Shown here: in pieces, positions 50,751 through 58,563 of the stretch
Numbering within the stretch: position 1 is the first letter of the stretch
Layout: each line of letters opens with the position of its first letter
NCBI RefSeq assembly: GCF_041146345.1
Contig: NW_027191406.1
Location: 1,488,001-1,546,563 of the forward strand
DNA: 58,563 nucleotides
Reading direction: 5' to 3'
From: Neodothiora populina
Lineage: Eukaryota
Made by a program: the position numbers and the translations under genes
The notes under the pieces: generated by a model
What the model was told of the DNA's origin: nothing
Seen by the model: the letters and a program-made list of their open reading frames with translations, nothing else
Database searches by the model: none

Positions 50751-51711
50751 CTAAGTAGACTCTCCATACAGATCGTAACTCCAGGGGGTTCCCTCTACGG
50801 CGTGTCGGCGAAGCCACTCCTGGCAGGCATATATGGGGCATGGATCGTGTTCGAGTGAGGGAGGAACTAGAGTGCGTACAGACCGCTTCAACAACGTGTT
50901 TTGAGAGCTTTGAACACGCCCGATGAAAGTGTTACAACTCTCAGGCTCCGATACAAATAACATCATGGGATCGCTGTCCTCAAGACTGTGTGACAGGTCT
51001 TCCAAATCTCCACTCTCGTAATCTGGTCTAGCAAATACTACAACGCACAATTTGCTCAAGTTCTGAAGACCTCGCAAGAATCGCGCATTACTCAAGTCTT
51101 GATTGTACAAGGCAAGGCGTCGCAGGTTTGGCCAAGATGCCCACACGGGGTTTTCCCCACGGCCACTGTCCCATTGTCGCGTTGTGGTATTGAGATAGAG
51201 CTCGTCGAGAAAGCTCGTAAACTCCCGCAGGTTCCAAAGCCGCATGAATGCCGCTCTCAGTACTGGTCGAAGTCGCATCTTGACGGTCTTCAGGATAGTG
51301 ACTACGTAATGGCATCTTGATGATCAGCTTTTGTAGGCTTGGTGCTAGCAGCTCGAGCAGTCTGGCCACCTGCGCTACGATATCTGGTTCACAAATTGTC
51401 CCAGACAAGAAAGGAGCCAGGAAGAGACTTTTGGGAGCAATGGATCCTGTTATAGCCGTAGCTAGGCCATCTCGGTATCGCAAGTCTTCGAGACTACGAA
51501 TGATCCGACCGAGGCGGTCTGGTGCGCTGATGTACACACAATGTGCATACAGATTCCTCCGCGCTACGAAGTACGTTCGGCTGGACGCGGACATACATGA
51601 TCGAAGACATCGCGTTGCCGCGTGAGATGCAGGATACGCGATCGTCTTCCTAGAAGGAACTACAGAGTCTATGATAGTCTCTATAATCTCAGGCGGTAGT
51701 TTCGGCTCCAT
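50751..51711 (-). pseudogene. F-box-like protein split by a single frameshift near 51280 (pseudogene or sequence error)
   Basis: N-terminal LPPEIIETIID. ORF1 ...LIIKMPLRSHYPED continues naturally into ORF2 RLRPVLRAAF.RL.NLREF.S..DELYL...WPNLRRLALYN in another frame, with no room for an intron. Confidence 0.7.
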
Positions 51712-52027
51712 AGGTAGTAGGTAATCGATTAGGATGTAATAGTACAGTAATTATAAGATAAATTTCAGATACTGTCCCACCGCAAAAGTATCTGGTGTTC
51801 TTCCGAGAGCGTCGCAACCACTATATAGTACAACCATTCAATTGAAAAACGCCCGATACTTTTGTTAGCTGACAGTATAACAGCGTATGCGCGAGTAACA
51901 GATAAGGGCCTAGAAACTAATCTGGACGCTACAGGCCTGCTGCAGAGCGACACTACGAAATTAAAGGAAACGGAAAAGAGGAGACAGCTAATTAGCTAAG
52001 AATCAGGAGTAGGACAGGTGGCAATCT

Positions 52028-52115
52028 CAAAAAAGGGAAAAAGTGAAAGAAATGGGAAAAATGGGAAAAATGGGAAGAATGGGAAAAAAGGAAAAAAGAA
52101 AAAAGGAAAAATAGG
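52028..52115 (+). repeat. Purine-rich low-complexity tract with about four AAAATGGGA-like units
   Basis: Read directly: aaatgggaaaaatgggaaaaatgggaagaatgggaaaaaaggaaaaaagaaaaaagg. Confidence 0.8.
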
Positions 52116-52258
52116 AACTCCAGTACTAACATCGTCCCTAGTATGTTATCAGGTTAGAGTAGGGACTCAACTGAGACAAAGGCCATGCGGAGTTTAGACG
52201 TCAGGGTACCTTAGAAGACAGCTCATATAGGCACGAGCCTACAGATAGCTTACAGACT

Positions 52259-52300
52259 GAATCAAATCAAATCGGATTGAATCAAATCAAATCAAATCAA
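52259..52300 (+). repeat. Imperfect (AATCA)n pentanucleotide microsatellite
   Basis: Read directly: gaatcaaatcaaatcggattgaatcaaatcaaatcaaatcaa. Confidence 0.8.
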
Positions 52301-52570
52301 AGCTAAAGTTAGTAGAACAATAGATGATGGACGTAGCGCCTGCTCGAAGGATTAGACGTAGATAAATGGCAAGGTCAGGAATTCGCATCAGCCGTCGAGT
52401 CTATCTTATTCTAAAGGTAGTAAAGATCTTATAAGATCAGAATAGGAAAAAGCCAAAATCAAAACAACCATCGCAAATAAACTCGTCTAACATTAGGACA
52501 GACAGCCATATCAAGTGCAAACAGTACGCCAAACACCATCAAGATGTCAAGCAAAACATCGCACCACACA

Positions 52571-55500
52571 CTAGTCGTCGGCAGTCTTCGACGCCTTGGT
52601 CCTGAGCTTCATCAGTCCGTACACACCACCGTAGCCAGCGAGGACGAAGATGACAACAATAGCTGCGTCTCTCCATCCAAAGTAATAATCGAAGATGTTC
52701 AGCGTTGCGAGGTAGTCACTGCCCAGACGGTACTGGCACACTTGACAGCCCGAGGTGGCCTCTGCGTTCTTGAGGAAAGTGCGCGAGCCTTGACCGGAAG
52801 GCGACATGTAATCCGCCAAGTAGGAAGCACAAGTCTGTCCGGTAGGAGTGTCGAACAGAGCGTATTCTCCTGGCTTGCAGATGATCTCAACGTCGAACAA
52901 TCCAAAAGTCAGGAGAGAATCCATGACATAAGTGAAAGGGTTGATGTAGTAGATCCTAGAAATTCCAAGTCAGTATTGATTCAATCAGATTGGGCTCGGT
53001 GCGGGAACGACTTACCAGTATCTCCAGAAGACTTGGAGTTGACCATAAGGAACCAAGACACCGCAGAACGAAATCAATGTTCCAATGAACAAAGGGTTGA
53101 CCAGGGAAGCGAAGACAGGATTAGGCGCGTAGGCAGCGATAGCCTGTCCAAGACTGGTGTAGATGAATTCGTACAACAACATGACAAACAGGATTGCGCC
53201 CGCTTTGTTAGAGTCGACTGGAAAGGCGATCGTGTAGTACCAGCAGAGGAAGTACAAGATGGCGCACAGCATGAGATATGGAATTTCGGAGATGATCAGT
53301 CCGGTCGTGAAAGTGACCCAGGAGTACATCTTGGACTTCTTTTCGCGGGTTTCGTAGATGTCGCGACGTTCAATGAAGAGTGGTTGCAGTTGGTTGATGA
53401 CACCAGGCGCAACGAAGATGAAGTTGAAGACTGCGAAGAGACTGACTTGTAGATCGGCAACACTGTGCTTTTTGCCGGTCTGGAAGAAAGAGAAGCCAAC
53501 AAAGAGGCCGAGGCAGATGTGCAGAACCAACTTGTTGTTGACGTACTGAGTGTTGCGCCACAACGAAACGTTCATACGATGAGTGACAATCTTGACCTGT
53601 GTCCAGAAAGGAGTGGCAAATTCATGACCATCGTCAACGGATCCTGGAGGTGCTGCCGCAGCTGCTGCGATCATGTGGTCCAGCTCGGTAACTGTGTGTT
53701 GGTATTCAGGCGAGTCTAACCAGACTTGATTCCAGTCTTTTCCAGTTTTCAACACACCAGAGACGACATCAATCATGTGCTCAGCTGGATTCATGGCAGG
53801 TGGGCAAGGAGCACCGTTTCGGCCGAAATACTCCTTAATGGAGTTTGCATCGTCGCCAATCTTACCAAAGTAAACGGTCTTGCCACCTTTAGCAAGAAGC
53901 AAGAGGGTGTCAAACTGAGCAAAGAGAGAGGCGGAAGGTTGATGGATAGTAACAAGTACTGCCTGACCGATATCTGCAAGCTTACGGAGGAATCGGACAG
54001 TGTTAAAAGCGGCTTGTCCATCAAGGCCAGAGGTCGGCTCGTCGAGGAAGATAAGAATACTAGGCTTTGAAACCAACTCCACACCGATAGTTAAGCGCTT
54101 TCGCTGCTCAACGGACAGACCTGCTCCGATGCCTCCAATAAGACCGTGCTCGATATCTTGCATCTCGAGAAGATCAATAATTGTGTCGACGTATGCTAAT
54201 TTCTCCTCTCGAGGGATATCGCGAGGTTGACGAAGAAGCGCCGAGAATTCCAGAGCCTCCCTGACCGTAGAGAGAGGCTCATGAACGTCTAGTTGTTCGC
54301 AGTAACCGGCAGACCGCTGGAAGGCGACCGTCAAAGGTCTACCGTCAACTAATATCGAACCGTGGATTGTGCCGTCGGTCTTCCGTTGGGCAAGCACATC
54401 GAGAAGAGTTGTTTTACCAGCGCCAGAGGAACCCATTAAGGCACCAAGCATACCGGGCTTCACCCACCCTTGGATGTGATCGAGTAGCACTCTGTCGCCA
54501 GAAGGAGTCTTGACCGTGTAGACGAGGTCTTTCCATGTGAAGACTGAGGTGTTCCGAACGAGTCCATTGCCCAATGTAGCTTCAGAGTTAGAATCAGATG
54601 AGGCTTCCTTCTTCTCCACGAGGCTCATTTCAGTGTCTTTGTGTTCAGCTTCGGCGAGTTGCTTGGCGTGCTCCCTGGGTACTAGCGAGACGCTCTTGCC
54701 ACTGTTGGATTTCCAGCCTGTAGTGCAGACGACAGTGATGGCAACATATAGGACCCACCAACACCAGACAATACCGAAGTTTCTCCATACATGCGAGTGG
54801 CTGTAATTCAAGGCGTGCAGATATTGATCTCCAGTCAGGGAAGTCTCTCCTTGAATGGCACCAGGAATTCCAGCGCATGACTGGAAAGTAGTGTCGTTGT
54901 ATCCTGGTCCGTTGGGAATCAAGTTGTGGGTTACACATGGGATAATTTGACCATGGAGCTCATTACCCATGAGGGCCTCAAAAGCATAAGCCAGAGGATC
55001 CTAGGTGATGTTAGCAATGCACAGCAACTTTTTCTTCGATATCTAAAACTTACAATCCAGAAAAGCCATTTGGACCACAGATGCATGTTCGGGAAGGGAA
55101 TCTGGTAACCTGCAAAGAGGACGTAGACTGTGAACAGAAGTCCAGACACCTTTGATGCGCCATCAAAATCGGAGAACGCAGCTCCGATGCTCCTAAATAG
55201 CGCTGTGAGACACATTGTACTGGCGATGACGACGATCCAGTAGGTGAAAAAGGCGCCAGCATTCATCTTCAGTCCTGTCATGAAGTAGAGGACAATGCTA
55301 AAGTGCGTGACCTGGAAGATGATGACGGGAATATCGGCTGCAATCTGAGCAATACAGAACGCAGAAGGATGGAAGTAAGCAAAGGCTTTATGCTTTGCTA
55401 GCACGGGCCTACCAGTAAAAGAATCGGTAACTTCGGACATAGCAATCAGAGCGTTGTAGAGCAGCGCAAAAAAAAGCGAGCCACCCTTGAGGAATAGACC

Positions 55501-56991
55501 AGCCGAGGTGTCCGGAGCATTGTAAAACAGCGAGCCAGCAATCAAGGCTTGAGCAAGAGTCGAGGCTTGCTTGGCGATAAAAGTCGATCGATCGCCCCAA
55601 AGAATCTGGTACTGTCGGATAATACAAGCAGTGACCTGAGTAGTAAAACTCGTTGTTAATGGCGAAGATCTTGAAAGACTGTGAGACTTGTCGTATTGTA
55701 CAGCCTCTCTGAAATCCGCTGTAAATCCTCTGGCGACAGTGGTCGTTGGATATTCATACTCTTTCTCCATTTCGGCTTTGATAGCAGACTTGTCGTAGAT
55801 CTCGGCAATTTCGCTAGCATTCCTCGGGAATCTGTCCTCAAACCCAGGTCGGATTCGTCGTTCATGCGGTACAGTGACACCGGTGAGGAAGTCTCCAGTA
55901 TTAGCAGCATCCTCGCAAATAAAGCCCAGGTTTTCCATAAAAGGACGAGCTTCCTTTATGGGACCATAGTAGATTTGTTTGCCTTCGTCTAGGACGAGGA
56001 CCTTGTCGAAAAGGTTGTAAATCGCGTTACCGGCTTGGTAGAGGGTGACGATAGTCGAAAGACCGAGCACGTCTGTCATAGCTCTTAAAGCCTTAGCCCA
56101 ATCAAGCGCAGTACTGGCATCTAGTCCTCGAGTACTGTTATCCCAGCAGTAGATGCTGCCTCTTGTAGCAAGAGTCTCGATAATTGAAACACGTTTCCTC
56201 TCCCCACCCGAAACACCACGGACAAAGGCGTCACCCACCTTGGTGTCAAAGGTATGAGAGATACCCATAGACTCAAGAAGGAAGTCCCTGGTTTCGACTT
56301 GGAACTGCTTGCTCTTCTCCATAGTCGACGGAAGGTTGTGGGGAACCTTCATGCGGGTTGCAAAGTCCATGGTCTGACCGACTGTAAGAGAGGGGAAGAA
56401 CAATTCTTCTTCCGTGTTCATCACAATCTGGCCTCGGTATTGCTTGGCCTCCGTGGAGTCCATGTCGCCAAATTTGACGCTTCCGGTGACTTCCTTGTAG
56501 CCGTCCCGGTTATTGGCTAGCATCTTCAACAGTGTCGTGCATCCAGAGCCAGGGCGACCAAGAACAAGAAGCATCTCTCCAGGCTTCACACAACCGTGAG
56601 AATCTTTGAGAATGGTGTTGAGTTGAGCCGGTCGACGTAAATCTTTCATCAACTGGATGAGGTTGAATTGCGAGGCGAAGTTCTCGTTGTAACTGGCTCC
56701 GGATCCCACACCCTGGACGGTCAAGTTTTGCCAAGTCACACCAAGTTTGCGTTCCTTGATGTTGTCTGACATGCCCTGTTGATGCAGACGCTTGACTTCT
56801 GGCATCAACTTCCAGTTCTCCGCCTTGCTGATTGGATGGGGATCCGTCTCCACAACATCATCGTTGTCATCGTAGAATCGACTGGTACGACTATGTTCGG
56901 ATCTTCCTCCAGCACTCTTTGTCTTTGAAAGAACGTTGACGATGGCATCCCCAGAGCCGTGTCCCAAACCAAAGGTATTTGCCGGTGCCAT
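52571..56991 (-). CDS. Full-size PDR/ABCG multidrug ABC transporter (AtrB-like), two introns (~52955-53015, ~55001-55053)
   Basis: NBD1: [34 protein letters not shown]2: [34 protein letters not shown]. Two TM domains and a PDR C-terminal extracellular loop (C..CQY..G.DYL). Three ORFs joined by GT-AG introns. Confidence 0.96.
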
Positions 56992-57811
56992 TGTGATGTA
57001 TGCCTGGGGATGTTTGGTTGGCGAGAGGAGTTGGGGAGAATCTGGAAGGAATAATAGAAAGTCGATCTAGATATTCACTTGAAAACGGCATAGGTCCTGT
57101 ATGGCGGTCCGCCGCATTCCAAGGCCGGGAGGGGCGCTTCCGTGAGCCGTAGGCCACGGAACCAATGGCAGTATAGCCTCACCTTGATTACATGACCATT
57201 GCGTATCCGGGCTACCTATGGGCCACGATCTTATTTCTGCACATTACATTAACTGTCAACAAAGCTGGCATGCAGCACCTCCGTGGGTATCCGTTGGCCG
57301 TGAACCGTATATCCGACGCATGGGCTAAGCTTTATTATCGTCATCCGCGTTGGAGTTACCAGGCGCGCGGACCGTTGACATGGAACTATGGACCCTTATC
57401 GGGACCCCGCGGGTGCATGATGCAGCATCATACAATTCTTTCTCTCCAAGCAGATCTATTAATCGGTTCTCTCGACGCACATGGTGGTATCTGCCTTCAG
57501 TGTTCTCCCATCCTATATAGAATGATCTTGCGGTGGAGCAAAGTCGGTACATGCCTACCCAACATACCACGGTGCAATAATCCGATGCGGGCCGTGGCCC
57601 TATGACATCGTGGCCGCATGGATATCTAGGATCTGCTCTACTGTATATTGGTGCGCCCTGTTCGCCTACTCAAGTAAGCTTGGCAACCTGAGGTTGGTCC
57701 CACGTACCTTTGGTCCGCTTTGGACCATACTGCAACCTTCTACAGTAATCAACCATTCTACGTCGCGTTACTTATTATATTCAATTGAATTGACCTTATA
57801 TTATTGATAAA

Positions 57812-58100
57812 ATGGATCAACGCGAAGTCATGTTGCAAGCGGCCCTTCAAGAGCTTCAAAATCACCCTGAAAAATCAATCGAAGGCACTGCACGAGAATA
57901 TGGCATATCCGCAACAACCCTTCGTCGTCGTCGCGACGGAGGCATTAATCAACGTACTGCTCAAGAGCCTACACAAAGGCTTGTTCCTAATCAAGAAGAA
58001 AATCAAGAAGAATTCCTCGTTAATGGGATATTACAGCAAGATTTGCAAGGTTGTGCCCCCTCTCCGAAGCGTGTTCGCGATATGGCTACACATATTCTAT
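57812..58100 (+). mobile_element. 5' fragment of a pogo/Fot1 (Tc1-mariner) transposase, DNA-binding HTH region only
   Basis: AL..L......SI..TAREYGISATTLRRR..G followed by QRL.P.QEEFLV..IL..DLQG.AP....VRDMA..IL (psq/CENP-B-type HTHs). No DDE domain follows. Confidence 0.8.
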
Positions 58101-58170
58101 ACGTAGATTTGCGGGTTAGAGTTAAGCTGGATTCGCTAACAAATCCAGGGTCCAAGGCTGTTCTTAGCGC

Positions 58171-58219
58171 GTCACGCTTAATTTAAGACCCTTCTCAGCC
58201 TGTCACGCTTAATTTAAGA
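58171..58219 (+). repeat. Direct repeat GTCACGCTTAATTTAAGA x2 in AT-rich telomere-adjacent DNA
   Basis: Identical 18-mers at 58171-58188 and 58202-58219. A partial third copy (ttacgcttaat) near 58243. Confidence 0.85.
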
Positions 58220-58485
58220 GCTCTACGCTAGGCTTAGTATTATTACGCTTAATAGCTTCTATAATTTCGATGTATACTATTATAACGAATTCATTCGATT
58301 TGCATTAGCTATATAGCAACCACTAGGTTTGTGTAACGGAATGACTAAGTGTAGCAACGTATGGTCCTCCTATAGGAATAGATGTCCTATAATGTTACGA
58401 TCACTATGATCACGGGGACGTCACGTGACCAGCACGGACCAAGCGCGCAGTGACACCTGAAGCTTGGCACTACTGAGCAGGGGTA

Positions 58486-58563
58486 TTAGGGTTAGGGTTA
58501 GGGTTAGGGTTAGGGTTAGGGTTAGGGTTAGGGTTAGGGTTAGGGTTAGGGTTAGGGTTAGGG
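58486..58563 (+). repeat. Telomere, (TTAGGG)13
   Basis: 78 nt of perfect TTAGGG repeats running to the end of the window, G-rich strand pointing outward. Confidence 0.99.

Noticed and set aside
52544..53452. 302-aa plus-strand ORF
   Set aside because: Antisense shadow of the ABC transporter's last exons.
1..58563. CRISPR arrays, rRNA/tRNA genes, prokaryotic operons
   Set aside because: No repeat-spacer arrays or recognisable structural RNA genes seen by eye; the sequence is fungal nuclear DNA. A tRNAscan/Infernal run would be needed to exclude small RNAs.

Overview
Eukaryotic, intron-containing DNA from a filamentous ascomycete (Pezizomycotina-type genes, GT-AG introns mostly ~50-170 nt). 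The window ends in 13 perfect (TTAGGG) telomere repeats, so it is the right end of a chromosome. The proximal ~23 kb is gene-dense and GC-rich: AA9 LPMO (partial), Sds3-like HDAC subunit, two tandem GH3 glycosidases, TAP-like alpha/beta hydrolase, complex I 30.4 kDa subunit, and Not4. Not4 appears to have alternative C-termini through a long optional intron. From ~23 kb to the telomere the DNA is subtelomeric and accessory-like: PTH11-like receptor, short secreted tyrosinase, PLAC8, MFS pump, AA3_2 GMC oxidoreductase, AIM6-like protein, DUF6540-like protein, a divergent UCH, and a PDR ABC transporter as the last intact gene. Between ~41.5 and 51.7 kb these are mixed with several pseudogenes: a DUF7029-like secreted protein, a half-eIF4A copy, an MBOAT, an F-box-like gene and possibly a SNF2/RING relic. 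A truncated pogo/Fot1-like transposase lies just before the telomere. All family calls come from motifs recognised by eye; no searches were run. I found no clear-cut novel multi-gene system. The best leads are the Not4 isoform switch, the captured eIF4A half-gene, the telomere-healing-like junction and a possible ubiquitin-related subtelomeric gene group.
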